A DNA stretch of 64,000 bases, taken from contig JBJXGZ010000044.1 of NCBI GenBank assembly GCA_046160625.1, positions 736-64,735 of the forward strand. The letters run 5' to 3'. Made by a program: the position numbers and the translations under genes. This DNA is from Saprospiraceae bacterium. GTDB lineage: Bacteria > Bacteroidota > Bacteroidia > Chitinophagales > Saprospiraceae. This document shows, piece by piece, positions 35,952 through 45,415 of the stretch; position 1 is the stretch's first letter, and the number at the start of each line of letters is the position of its first letter. The notes below the pieces were generated by a model that saw only the letters and a program-made list of their open reading frames with translations, was not told where the DNA came from and ran no database searches.

Positions 35952-38846
35952 ATGAAAAATATTTGGAAAATAGCCCTTGCGGGTGTGGTACTGCTGTGTG
36001 TGGTAGCCACAACCGCCTGTGTCACCACCAAAAAGAAAGGGCAAGAGACAAGCAAGACCAAAAGGTTTTACCACTCTTTTACAAATAAATACAATTATTG
36101 GTTCAATGCTGACGAACTCTTCCGGCTTACCACGGCCAAACTTGAAGAGCAGCATGTTGACAATTACAGCCAAATTCTTGAAATATATCCCTATGCCGCA
36201 GCTGACCCCAGCAGTGCGCGAGCCGAATTGGATAATATTATCCTTAAATCCGCAAAAGGGATATCGCTTCACCGGCCAGGCCGCTGGACGGACGACAACT
36301 ATGGTCTCATGGGTAAAGCGCAATTCCTCAAACGTGATTACGAGACTGCAGAAGCTACTTATAGATTCATTCGAGAAGAGCAGGATCCACGCCGAACTTC
36401 CAAGACCAAATTGAAAAGCAGCAAGTCATCGAAGCAAAAAATATCAGAGAAAAAGAAAGCCGCGGCTAAAAAAAAGAAAGAAGCTGCAGAAAAAAGGAAA
36501 AAAGCTGCTGCAGAAAAGAAGCGGAAAGCCGCCGCGGCAAAAAAGGCCCGTGAAAAAAATAAGAAGAAAAAATCTGGTGAGAAGGAGAAAGTAGAGACTA
36601 AAACCACCACAACACCCTCCGTTGTCCCCACAGACAGCGAAGAAGTCACCGTCAAGGGCAGCAATCCTTACGACCAACCATTTGGCCGTACGCACGATTT
36701 CCCTTCTTCAATGGTGTGGTATGGGCGGACTCTCACGGAGCGTGATAAATATGATGAGGCTGAATTTCTTTTCCGCGAACTTTGGGAAGATCGGAACTTC
36801 CCGGCAAACAGGCAGGACGATCTCGCAACAGCAGAAGCATATCTGTTTATCAAACAAAAACAGTACAGCAAAGCGATCCCGCCGCTTACAAAAGCCATTG
36901 AACTAAGTGACAGTAAAAAAGAACGCGCTCGTTTGTCTTTTATCCTGGCCCAACTGTACGAACGCGCCGGGCAATATGATCAAGCCTATGCCGCCTACGA
37001 TAAAGTACTGCGAAATGGCCCGAAGTATGAAATGGAATTCAACGCCCGCCTTAGGCAAAATATAGCGGGTTGGTCTAATAGCAAGATTGACAGCGAGTCA
37101 GCCCTGAAAACATACGACCGAATGCTCAACGATGATAAAAATCTTGAGTATCGGGACCAGATTTATTCTAGCATGGCTGACATTGCCCTACGGGACGGGC
37201 AAAAAAAGAAAGGGATCGAATATTTGCGTAAGTCCTTGGATTACAACACAAACAATACAACGCAACGCGCCGAAACGTACCTCAAACTCGCCGATATTTA
37301 TTTTGAAGACGAGCAATTTGTGCTAGCTAAGGCTTATTACGACAGCACGCTCACCGTTATGCCCGCAGAAGACCCACGGCGCATGGTAGCTACGGAGTAT
37401 GCCACCAACCTCAAAGATATTGCCCGACTTATTCAAACCATTGAAGCCAACGACAGCATCGTTCGTATCTTCCGTATGTCGGATGTCGAACGCAAGGAAC
37501 TGGCAAAAACAATAAAAAAGCAACGAGAAGCCGCACAAGCTTCGGCCATCCAGAGCAGCTCAAAAGATCCAGCTGCGGCAGGCCCTGCTAAGGCGCCAAC
37601 GCCAACGGCTGGAAACAAGCCCTCTTCATTCTATTTTTACAATGAAAATTTCTTGAAAAAAGGACGAAAAGACTTTGCACGCAACTGGGGAGACCGCAAG
37701 CTTGACGACAACTGGAGGCGCAGCAACCGCCTGGTGGCAGGAGGCCTTGATGAAGCGGCAGGGGGAGACAGCAACCGCACTAATGTAGTGGCAGATGCCG
37801 AACTAAAGGACATATTTGCCAGTATCCCAAAATCGGAGGCGGAACTTTCCGTGATTCATTTGGCAACTTATGAAGCCATGTACCAACTTGGAACCCTCTA
37901 TCGGGATCGCTTGCAGAACAATCGCCGGTGTACGGGTACGCTTGAGGATATGCAAGCCAGGTACCCGGATACGGCTCGTTATGAAAAAGAAACATGGTAT
38001 TACTGTTATCTGGCTTTCACAGACCTCAGCAACCGTGAGCGTGCACAGTTTTACTACGACAAGTTGGTAGAAAAATACCCCAAAAGTGCTTATGCGCGTA
38101 CACTCACTGACCCCAACTTCCTCAATGCGACCAAAGAGCGCGAGCGCGAGCTCAACAAATACTACGAAGACACTTACACGCTATTCCAAAAAGGTGTGTA
38201 CAAAGAGGCCTTGACCAGATGTGAAGAAGCACCCCAAAAATACGGGTCTCAGAATCCGCTTGTGGCCAAATTTGCCTTGTTGAGTGCTCTTTGCACGGGC
38301 AACCTTAGTGGGAATGAAGCCTATTGTGCGGCGCTCGGCGAGCTTATTAAACAATACCCAGAAAGTCCCGAAGCCACGCGTGCCAAAGAAATCGCTCGTT
38401 TGCTTGCCTGTAAAGGTTTTGAGGTGGAAGAAAAGAAAAAAACCGAAACACCGGTTGACGAAGAATTTACCATAGAGGACGACAAACTTCACTATTTTAT
38501 CGTGGCTCTTTCGGGAGGGGATGTGAAACTGGATGATGTGAAAGCGGCCGTATCGGATTACAATAGCGAACATCATAAAGCAGAACAACTGCGAATCTCC
38601 AACATTTTCCTGGGTACGGATACGAACACGCCAATCGTAGTCATTCGAAAATTCGATAGCAAGGACCAGGCGATGCGTTATTATAACGAGGTCAAAAACC
38701 AAAAAGACTTTTTGGGCGAAACCGCTAAGAAGACCTACAACAAAGAGCTGTTCGCTGTGACTCAGGAAAACTATCGGCGCATTTTGAAGAATAAGACGCT
38801 TGATAGCTATCGAGCGTTTTTTGAGGAAAACTACTTGAAAAAATAA
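35952..38846 (+). CDS. sprE: TPR lipoprotein, SprE/PorW-like T9SS component
   Basis: Lipobox VVATTAC followed by ...FYHSFTNKYNYWFNA..., the block conserved at the N-terminus of SprE/PorW. It has a Lys/Ala-rich low-complexity segment and multiple TPR-like repeats. It is divergent from porU-porV. Confidence 0.65.
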   Translation: MKNIWKIALAGVVLLCVVATTACVTTKKKGQETSKTKRFYHSFTNKYNYWFNADELFRLTTAKLEEQHVDNYSQILEIYPYAAADPSSARAELDNIILKSAKGISLHRPGRWTDDNYGLMGKAQFLKRDYETAEATYRFIREEQDPRRTSKTKLKSSKSSKQKISEKKKAAAKKKKEAAEKRKKAAAEKKRKAAAAKKAREKNKKKKSGEKEKVETKTTTTPSVVPTDSEEVTVKGSNPYDQPFGRTHDFPSSMVWYGRTLTERDKYDEAEFLFRELWEDRNFPANRQDDLATAEAYLFIKQKQYSKAIPPLTKAIELSDSKKERARLSFILAQLYERAGQYDQAYAAYDKVLRNGPKYEMEFNARLRQNIAGWSNSKIDSESALKTYDRMLNDDKNLEYRDQIYSSMADIALRDGQKKKGIEYLRKSLDYNTNNTTQRAETYLKLADIYFEDEQFVLAKAYYDSTLTVMPAEDPRRMVATEYATNLKDIARLIQTIEANDSIVRIFRMSDVERKELAKTIKKQREAAQASAIQSSSKDPAAAGPAKAPTPTAGNKPSSFYFYNENFLKKGRKDFARNWGDRKLDDNWRRSNRLVAGGLDEAAGGDSNRTNVVADAELKDIFASIPKSEAELSVIHLATYEAMYQLGTLYRDRLQNNRRCTGTLEDMQARYPDTARYEKETWYYCYLAFTDLSNRERAQFYYDKLVEKYPKSAYARTLTDPNFLNATKERERELNKYYEDTYTLFQKGVYKEALTRCEEAPQKYGSQNPLVAKFALLSALCTGNLSGNEAYCAALGELIKQYPESPEATRAKEIARLLACKGFEVEEKKKTETPVDEEFTIEDDKLHYFIVALSGGDVKLDDVKAAVSDYNSEHHKAEQLRISNIFLGTDTNTPIVVIRKFDSKDQAMRYYNEVKNQKDFLGETAKKTYNKELFAVTQENYRRILKNKTLDSYRAFFEENYLKK

Positions 38847-38867
38847 AAACAACGCGATCAGATACAC

Positions 38868-38907
38868 ATCGAGGCACAGGGTTTTGAACCTTGTGCCTCG
38901 ATTTTTA
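38868..38907 (+). terminator. Intrinsic terminator after the sprE-like gene
   Basis: atcgaggcacaggg...ccttgtgcctcgat forms a 14-bp stem with one G-U, followed by ttttt. Confidence 0.8.
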
Positions 38908-38919
38908 TATTCAAATAAT

Positions 38920-39654
38920 ATGTCGAAATTCAAACTGACCCTGGAATACGATGGTTCGCGATATGCTGGCTGGCAGCTTCAAAAAAATGAACGCACGGTG
39001 CAAGGAGAACTCCTTCAGGCAGCGGCTAAAATTTTTGAAAATCAGCCAGTTGAAATCTATAGCGCAGGCAGAACAGATGCCGGTGTGCATGCCCGTGGGC
39101 AAGTAGCCCATTTGGAGCTCACCGACACGCGCCTTTCTCCAGAGCAAATCATGGTGCGATTGAACGACGAACTTGGTCATGCTATCAATATCCTGCATGT
39201 TGAAAAGGTCCACCCGAAATTCCATGCTCGGCACGATGCCCGCAGCCGCAGTTACACCTACCAAATCTCAAAAAGGCGCGACGCTTTTGGCAAAAAGTAT
39301 GTCTGGTGGGTTCGTGAAACGCTTGATCTTGGTACAATGCGCAATGCGGCTTCCCTGCTCGAAGGCTTTCACGATTTCCGTTCGTTTGGCGTAAATGAAA
39401 AAGATGGTAAAAGCACCCTTGTGGATCTTGATCGTGTGGAAATTAGAGAGGATGGAGATCGTATCTACATACACATCACCGGTTCTCATTTTCTTTGGAA
39501 AATGGTTCGTCGTATCGTGGGGGTGTTGGTAGAAGTTGGGCGGGGCAAAATGACTGGGCAAGATGTTGAAACGTTTTTAAAAACAAATTCCAATGAGCCC
39601 GCTCGCTATACCGCTCCTCCCAGCGGCTTGTTTTTAGAAAGGGTTGACTACTGA
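38920..39654 (+). CDS. truA: tRNA pseudouridine(38-40) synthase TruA
   Basis: MSKFKLTLEYDGSRYAGWQLQ and the catalytic-Asp block GRTDAGVHA are present. The start is moved past the terminator. Confidence 0.9.
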   Translation: MSKFKLTLEYDGSRYAGWQLQKNERTVQGELLQAAAKIFENQPVEIYSAGRTDAGVHARGQVAHLELTDTRLSPEQIMVRLNDELGHAINILHVEKVHPKFHARHDARSRSYTYQISKRRDAFGKKYVWWVRETLDLGTMRNAASLLEGFHDFRSFGVNEKDGKSTLVDLDRVEIREDGDRIYIHITGSHFLWKMVRRIVGVLVEVGRGKMTGQDVETFLKTNSNEPARYTAPPSGLFLERVDY

Positions 39655-39655
39655 G

Positions 39656-39697
39656 GGGGAGACCCCGGAGGTTTTCGAAAACTTCCGGGGTCTCCCC
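39656..39697. terminator. Near-perfect 42-bp palindrome/hairpin after truA
   Basis: ggggagaccccggaggttttc / gaaaacttccggggtctcccc has one G-U in the sense RNA. It starts 2 nt after the truA stop. Confidence 0.8.
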
Positions 39698-39761
39698 TTT
39701 AACAAAAAGCCCCCGCTCCGAAATTTTCGGTACGAGGGCCTGGGGTAGAAGCAATATTTGT

Positions 39762-40049
39762 TTAAAAATGTGCTTCCAAAGCCGTTTTTGAGCTGTATTG
39801 CAGGATGTTGTGCAGCACAGTGGGCGAAGGGTTGAACTGAACCTTGGGAAGTTGTGCTTTTGCAAGCAACAGGGCATTGAAATCAGCGCTGATTTCAGAA
39901 TCATCTTCTATCAAATGCGCCATTTCTACTGCGTCCCCAGCGGATAGTTCGCGGTACAGAAATTGTACCATTTGTGCATCGTATGTGTAGGTTTCTTCCA
40001 TAGGCATTTTGCCGTACTTTGGCTTGTAAATAATAATAAATTCGCGCAT
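39762..40049 (-). CDS. Small hypothetical protein
   Basis: 95-aa ORF with an ATG start (alternative internal Met at MPMEE). I cannot name a family. Confidence 0.45.
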   Translation of the reverse strand: MREFIIIYKPKYGKMPMEETYTYDAQMVQFLYRELSAGDAVEMAHLIEDDSEISADFNALLLAKAQLPKVQFNPSPTVLHNILQYSSKTALEAHF

Positions 40050-40228
40050 AAAACACAGACTTTGGGTGGGTTATTGCATTTCCAGCCAGAATATTTTGGA
40101 ATTTAACATCAAAGTACTTAAAGGCTCATTTTAACCCGAAGCCGATGGGCCGATTTGCCTACTTTTGCCCGCCAATTAGCTGATTTCAGAAGTACTCCCT
40201 TGGATGCACGAGCGTCAAATCAAACAGA

Positions 40229-42673
40229 ATGAAAGGCGTAGAACAGATAGAACATACCTTGCACAACCTTGCTTCGCCAAAGCGAGGCCACACGTTTTGG
40301 GGCTTGGTAATTGTAATGTTTGTGGCCTTTCTTATGATTTGGGCAAATCACGGCACATGGCTCCGGTCTCCCAATGAAGTCATGTTCGCTAAAAGTTCTG
40401 ATGGTCTAAAAAATTACATGACCACGGCCTGGTTTGTGCAACACGATTCCGGCTATGTCCACTTTGGCGGCATGGGTTATCCATTTGGCGACCATGTCCT
40501 TTTTACAGACAATCAGCCAATTTTATGTGTGGCGATAAAATGGTGGAGCCAGCATGTTTTTGATGTGCGAGGCCAGACAATAGGTATTTTGCATCTATTT
40601 CTGGTATTGTCCATAGTATTTGGTGCAGGGGTTATCTACCTGTTGTTTAGAAAACTCCATCTGCCTGCATGGTATGCTGGTATTGCAGCCCTGGGCATCG
40701 GATTTCTTTCGCCGCAATACAACAGATTCGACGGGCATTTTGGTCTCTCACATATTTGGGTACTGCCGATGCTTTTGTTGTTGCTCTGTCGGTATGAAGA
40801 ACTGCAGAGTCGTCGCTATAAAAGCCTTTTGATCGGGATACTTATCTGGTTTTCATCGCAGTTACATTTTTACTATTTGGGGGTTTCCGCAGTTTTTTTG
40901 GGCTTTTATACCTTATTTCAAATCCTGCGAGACCGATCCTGGCGCAATTTCTGGACTCGGTCAAGTCACATGATCGTGATGATAGTCCTTCCATTCGCGG
41001 CCTTGAACATCTGGACCCACTGGTCCGATTATTGCCCTGACAGGGCCGCGGCACCGTATGGATTCACAGATTATATTGGACGTTGGGAAGGGGTGTTTTT
41101 GCCATATAATTTTTTCCCAATGCACCAGTGGATCAATGAGAACATTACGAAAATCAGAGGGCTAGATTTTGAAGCAGAGGCCTATGTTGGCCTTGCGGCA
41201 TTCGTATTTACGCTGTGGCTTATCTTCAAACGGCGTTTCAGACTTTTTGAGCCGGAATGGGAGCAAGCGGCCTATCACCGGGTACATAAAAACTACCTCC
41301 TCGGGATTTGTTTTGCAGCATTTGCAACCCTGGTTTTTGGTTTTGGTTTTCCTTTTTCCATAAAAGGATTGGAGTGGATGGTTAATTACCTTGGTCCGCT
41401 TCGACAATTCAGGGGGCTTGGGCGATTCACCTGGGCATTTTATTACATCATCAATGTTTTGATGTTTTATATCCTATGGAATAAAAGCCAGCGAATGCAA
41501 ATGGGCGAACAATGGATAGCATGGCTAAAGTCTCGTTCAGAACTTGTTGCGAGACATTTCCCAAACGTCGCGAAATGGGGTCTGGTCCTCACTCCCCTAA
41601 CCGTTTTATGCTGGGAAGCCTTTTATTTTCAAAAACATAAAGCCTTGCCATTGATGCCCAGTGTAGCGCAGCACAATGCCGTGGCTGCATCACCAGATCA
41701 TTGGTTAAATAAGGTTGATTTTGCCCGCTTTCAGGCTTTTATGCCCCTGCCCTATTACCATGTTGGTTCGGAAAACCTCTGGCTTGAGGTATATTATCCA
41801 CTTTTTAAAAAGGTGCAATACACGGCATTACAAACGGGCGTGCCAGACATGGGCGTTAATTTGAGCCGTGCTGCAATAGGCCGGATGGTAAAATCCATGC
41901 AATTTTCTCTTCAGGCCTGCGAACCGCCAGAATTGCTTTCTGAGCTTCCTGACAACCGCCCTATTGCACTCATGATCGAAATGAGCAAATGGGAAGATGT
42001 TCAAAAAAAATATGGACACCTGCTGGACAAGGCTACCCAAGTGTACCAAAACCCGGAGCTCAAAATAATGGCATTAATACCTGACAGTGTTCGCGCCTGG
42101 TCGCAGGAACAATCACTCCTTGTTTTAGCAGAAGAGCGACAAGCAACGTTCAATGCTGGCCGCGGTTTTCGCAGCGAAAAACAGCCAGGTTGGTACACCA
42201 GCATCAACTTTGATTCAATTACCACGAGCGAGCATATTTTCCAGGGAAAAGGTTCCGGCTATGGGAACATTGGAGATACTACCTGGATTTGGAATAATCC
42301 AATGCCAAAAGGGACATACGAGTTTAGCATTTGGACCAAAGTGGACGAAGACATGGGCATGACCCAGGATGTCAAATTTTTGGAGAAAAGTCGTGCAGAT
42401 GGACATCAGGTTTATTTCAGGAAAGAAACCTTGCGATCAGAAATAAAGACAATTGTCAATAACTGGGCTTTGTATGTGCTGCAATTTGAGGTACAGGAAG
42501 ACCAATCAGCCTTGGGCATTTTTCTTCATAAAAAGGATGCAGATGCGCCATTCTGGTACGATGAGGGTATGATAAAAGACAAGAATTTCAATTTGTATCG
42601 TCAGGAACCAGGATGGGTAATTCGGAATAATTATTGGTACAAACTGCCAAAAAATTGGCCAAACCAGCGATGA
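40229..42673 (+). CDS. Large polytopic membrane protein with C-terminal soluble domain (GT-C-like architecture, function unknown)
   Basis: 814-aa ORF. The first ~450 aa contain about 10 or more hydrophobic segments. Acidic loop motifs (SSDG, TDNQP) are followed by a ~350-aa soluble C-terminus. Confidence 0.7.
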   Translation: MKGVEQIEHTLHNLASPKRGHTFWGLVIVMFVAFLMIWANHGTWLRSPNEVMFAKSSDGLKNYMTTAWFVQHDSGYVHFGGMGYPFGDHVLFTDNQPILCVAIKWWSQHVFDVRGQTIGILHLFLVLSIVFGAGVIYLLFRKLHLPAWYAGIAALGIGFLSPQYNRFDGHFGLSHIWVLPMLLLLLCRYEELQSRRYKSLLIGILIWFSSQLHFYYLGVSAVFLGFYTLFQILRDRSWRNFWTRSSHMIVMIVLPFAALNIWTHWSDYCPDRAAAPYGFTDYIGRWEGVFLPYNFFPMHQWINENITKIRGLDFEAEAYVGLAAFVFTLWLIFKRRFRLFEPEWEQAAYHRVHKNYLLGICFAAFATLVFGFGFPFSIKGLEWMVNYLGPLRQFRGLGRFTWAFYYIINVLMFYILWNKSQRMQMGEQWIAWLKSRSELVARHFPNVAKWGLVLTPLTVLCWEAFYFQKHKALPLMPSVAQHNAVAASPDHWLNKVDFARFQAFMPLPYYHVGSENLWLEVYYPLFKKVQYTALQTGVPDMGVNLSRAAIGRMVKSMQFSLQACEPPELLSELPDNRPIALMIEMSKWEDVQKKYGHLLDKATQVYQNPELKIMALIPDSVRAWSQEQSLLVLAEERQATFNAGRGFRSEKQPGWYTSINFDSITTSEHIFQGKGSGYGNIGDTTWIWNNPMPKGTYEFSIWTKVDEDMGMTQDVKFLEKSRADGHQVYFRKETLRSEIKTIVNNWALYVLQFEVQEDQSALGIFLHKKDADAPFWYDEGMIKDKNFNLYRQEPGWVIRNNYWYKLPKNWPNQR

Positions 42674-42712
42674 TACCTCCAAAAAGGGGTCGCACATTCA
42701 CGCATCAGATAC

Positions 42713-43960
42713 ATGCAAGTACTATTAAAAAATGCACATCTCTTTGACGGCACTTCTAAAAGCCGGGTACAGGATATTTTGCTGAAAGATGGCCATATTG
42801 ATGCCATTGGCGACCAGATTCCTTTGCCACAAGGGGCGGTCCTGTGGGAATCTTCGAATCTCTGCGTATCTCCGGGCTGGCTTGATGTAGGCGTATATGC
42901 TGCTGATCCCGGCTACGAACACAGGGAGGATTTGACCACGGCCGCTGCCGCTGCCGCTGCCGGAGGATTTACCTCCATGGCCTGCTTTCCAAATACCGAC
43001 CCGGCCTTGCACACCAAGTCTGAGATATTATATGTAAAAAACAAGGCGAATGATTTGCCCGTGCACTGTTATCCAATCGGGGCGGTTTCGCAAAGTTGCG
43101 AGGGAAAGGACTTGGCCGAGCTTTTTGATATGCACACAGCGGGCGCCGTGGCCTTCAGCGATGGCAAACGCTCGGTTCAAGATGCAGGGCTGTTGCTGCG
43201 CGCTTTGCAATACTCGAAGGCCTTCGAAGGCTTGATAATCAATGTTCCTCATCATAAAACGATTGCTGCCGGAGGGCAGGTGCACGAAGGAGTGATGAGT
43301 ACTTCGCTTGGATTGAAAGGGCTTCCTGCCCTGGCGGAAGAACTCATGGTGCAACGCGACCTCAGTCTGTTGGAATATTCCGAAGGCAGATTGCATATCC
43401 ATTTGATTTCAACGGCAAAAAGCGTGGCGCTTGTAAGAGCAGCCAAACAAGCCGGGTTGCGTGTAAGTTGCTCCGTTGCGGTGGCGAATCTCTGCTTCAG
43501 CGAAGAAAAACTGGCAGAATTTGATTCCAATTGGAAAATAGTGCCCCCGCTTCGCAACAAGGCCGATGCCGATGCTTTGCTAGAGGGCCTTGCTGATGGG
43601 ACGATTGATTTTATTTGCTCGAATCACACTCCCTGGCACGAGGAAGCCAAAAACCTGGAATTCACCTATGCCGAATTTGGTATGATTGGGCTGGAAACAT
43701 CCTTTTCCCTTTGCCGCACTTTTTTGGATAAAAAACTGACAGTCAATGATTTGGTTGAAAAAATGAGCCTTGCACCACGCCGGGTTTTAGGATTGCCCAT
43801 TCCAAAAATTGCCAAAGGAGAACGCGCGGAATTGACCGTTTTTGATCCTGACATTGAATGGGTGCTGGAAGCAAAAAACATCCGCTCCAAATCCAGCAAT
43901 ACACCCTTTATTGGCCAACGGTTCAAGGGGAAGGTCTTGGGAATAATATGTGGCAAGTAG
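42713..43960 (+). CDS. Dihydroorotase-like amidohydrolase with degenerate metal/catalytic motifs
   Basis: 415 aa, collinear with type I DHOase (PGWLD..., AFSDG, LHIHLISTAKS, ...SNHTPWH...). The HxH motif reads GVY and the TDHAPH Asp is Asn. Confidence 0.75.
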   Translation: MQVLLKNAHLFDGTSKSRVQDILLKDGHIDAIGDQIPLPQGAVLWESSNLCVSPGWLDVGVYAADPGYEHREDLTTAAAAAAAGGFTSMACFPNTDPALHTKSEILYVKNKANDLPVHCYPIGAVSQSCEGKDLAELFDMHTAGAVAFSDGKRSVQDAGLLLRALQYSKAFEGLIINVPHHKTIAAGGQVHEGVMSTSLGLKGLPALAEELMVQRDLSLLEYSEGRLHIHLISTAKSVALVRAAKQAGLRVSCSVAVANLCFSEEKLAEFDSNWKIVPPLRNKADADALLEGLADGTIDFICSNHTPWHEEAKNLEFTYAEFGMIGLETSFSLCRTFLDKKLTVNDLVEKMSLAPRRVLGLPIPKIAKGERAELTVFDPDIEWVLEAKNIRSKSSNTPFIGQRFKGKVLGIICGK

Positions 43961-43975
43961 CAAGGTTGGTTTTTT

Positions 43976-44060
43976 GGTGGTTTGTGGATTTGGTGATTTG
44001 AAGTGCACAAATCCACAAATCCACAAATCCACAAATCACCAAATCCACAAATCCACAACA
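43976..44060. repeat. Octamer tandem array (CCACAAAT, about 7 units) with a complementary upstream arm; slippable hairpin
   Basis: 44006-44060 reads cacaaatc x4, accaaatc, cacaaatc, cacaaca. The stretch 43981-44000, tttgtggatttggtgatttg, is complementary to 44032-44051. The array ends 3 nt before the eamA-like ATG. Confidence 0.85.
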
Positions 44061-44063
44061 AAT

Positions 44064-44939
44064 ATGCCCTCCCGTCAACCATCCGTTTTTGATTGGTTTT
44101 TGATGTTTTTGCTTGCCGCGATCTGGGGAGCTTCCTTCTTGTTTATTAAGCGTTCGGTGACAATTTTCAGTCCAATGCAAATGGCCATGTGGCGAATGGT
44201 TCTTGCCACAGTGCTTTACTTGCCCATCGCTGCGGCCTACTGGAGCAAGATTGACTGGCGGCGCTGGAAACCCTTGATTATCGTAGCACTTTGTGGCTCT
44301 GCTATACCTAATTTCTTTTTTGCAGTGGCGCAGCAACACGTTAGCAGCAGCCTTGCCGGAGTGCTCAATTCACTCACACCGCTCTTTACGCTTCTAATCG
44401 GCACGGCATTTTTTGCCATGAACTTCTCCAGGAATAAAATCTTAGGTGTGGCGATTGGCTTGGCTGGGGCGGTATTGCTTGTGCTTTTTAATGCGAGCAG
44501 TGGAGTGTCTGGCAATGCGTTTTTTGCAGGTCTCTGTGTGCTTGCCACGGTGTGTTATGCCATCAATGCAAACACGGTTAACACCCAGCTTCGCGAGCAA
44601 CATCCTGCCGGTATCGCTTCGGCAGCTTTTGTAATAACAGGAGGCGTTTTTATGCTTGGGCTTTGGTTATCAGGCGGTTGGGCGGTTGCGTGGCAACACC
44701 CCGAAGGAATGATCGGGCTTGGCTATATATTCTACCTCGCGGCAGTGGGCACGGTATTCGGCTCCATTATGTACTTCTGGCTTCTTCAGCGCACGAGCGC
44801 GATTTTCGCCACCTCTGTAACCTATCTCTTGCCAATTGGCGCCATCGCCATTGGCGCATTGGATGGAGAAGAGATTGGCATGATTGACCTTGTGGGCACA
44901 ACCGTGATTTTGTTGGGGGTGTATCTGGCCAGGAAATAA
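44064..44939 (+). CDS. EamA/DMT-family transporter
   Basis: Internal ATG gives MPSRQPSVFDWFLMFLLAAIWGASFLFIK. About 10 TM segments in two EamA-like halves. The ORF-track extension translates the octamer repeat. Confidence 0.85.
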   Translation: MPSRQPSVFDWFLMFLLAAIWGASFLFIKRSVTIFSPMQMAMWRMVLATVLYLPIAAAYWSKIDWRRWKPLIIVALCGSAIPNFFFAVAQQHVSSSLAGVLNSLTPLFTLLIGTAFFAMNFSRNKILGVAIGLAGAVLLVLFNASSGVSGNAFFAGLCVLATVCYAINANTVNTQLREQHPAGIASAAFVITGGVFMLGLWLSGGWAVAWQHPEGMIGLGYIFYLAAVGTVFGSIMYFWLLQRTSAIFATSVTYLLPIGAIAIGALDGEEIGMIDLVGTTVILLGVYLARK

Positions 44940-44941
44940 GC

Positions 44942-45373
44942 TCACTCTTTTTTTAACAGATCATTCAACTCACGGAACAAATCCTCCACCGCTTTTCCAA
45001 CGGAGAAATTTTTGTCCCCCCACACCACACGGCTCACCATGTCGCCATCCTGAAATTCCAAAAAATAATAGATGTTTCCGGGATGGTGAAATTCCATTTT
45101 AGCAAGCCGCTGGGATTCTATAGTTTCGAAAATCTCCTTGGCTTTTTTACCTTTCGTTTTGCCAGCCTCTGAAGTTTTGCCCAAAATGTCGCGGCTAAAA
45201 ATCTGGCCGTTATCACACAAAATATGCGAGCTTTCTTTGCCTGCAAAACCGCCGCCATTGCCCCAGCGGATCTGTTTTTCGGGGAGCTTGTCGCTGGTGT
45301 ACTTGGGGTGTTTACAAGCCAGCCAAAGAAATGCGGCTGTTAAAATTGTCAGGGAAATAAGGGTGAATTTCAT
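44942..45373 (-). CDS. Hypothetical lipoprotein
   Basis: 143-aa ORF with signal/lipobox ...FLWLAC. I recognise no family. Confidence 0.55.
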   Translation of the reverse strand: MKFTLISLTILTAAFLWLACKHPKYTSDKLPEKQIRWGNGGGFAGKESSHILCDNGQIFSRDILGKTSEAGKTKGKKAKEIFETIESQRLAKMEFHHPGNIYYFLEFQDGDMVSRVVWGDKNFSVGKAVEDLFRELNDLLKKE

Positions 45374-45415
45374 TGAAAATCAATGTTTTGGAAAATGAAT
45401 GTAGATGACGCTCGC

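Noticed and set aside
36400-36620. A highly repetitive A/G-rich DNA stretch with long antisense ORFs (36359-36664, 36444-36695).
   Set aside because: It encodes the Lys/Ala/Glu-rich low-complexity linker (KKKAAAKKKKEAAEKRKKAAAEKKRKAAAAKK...) of the SprE-like protein. It is not a separate repeat element or gene.
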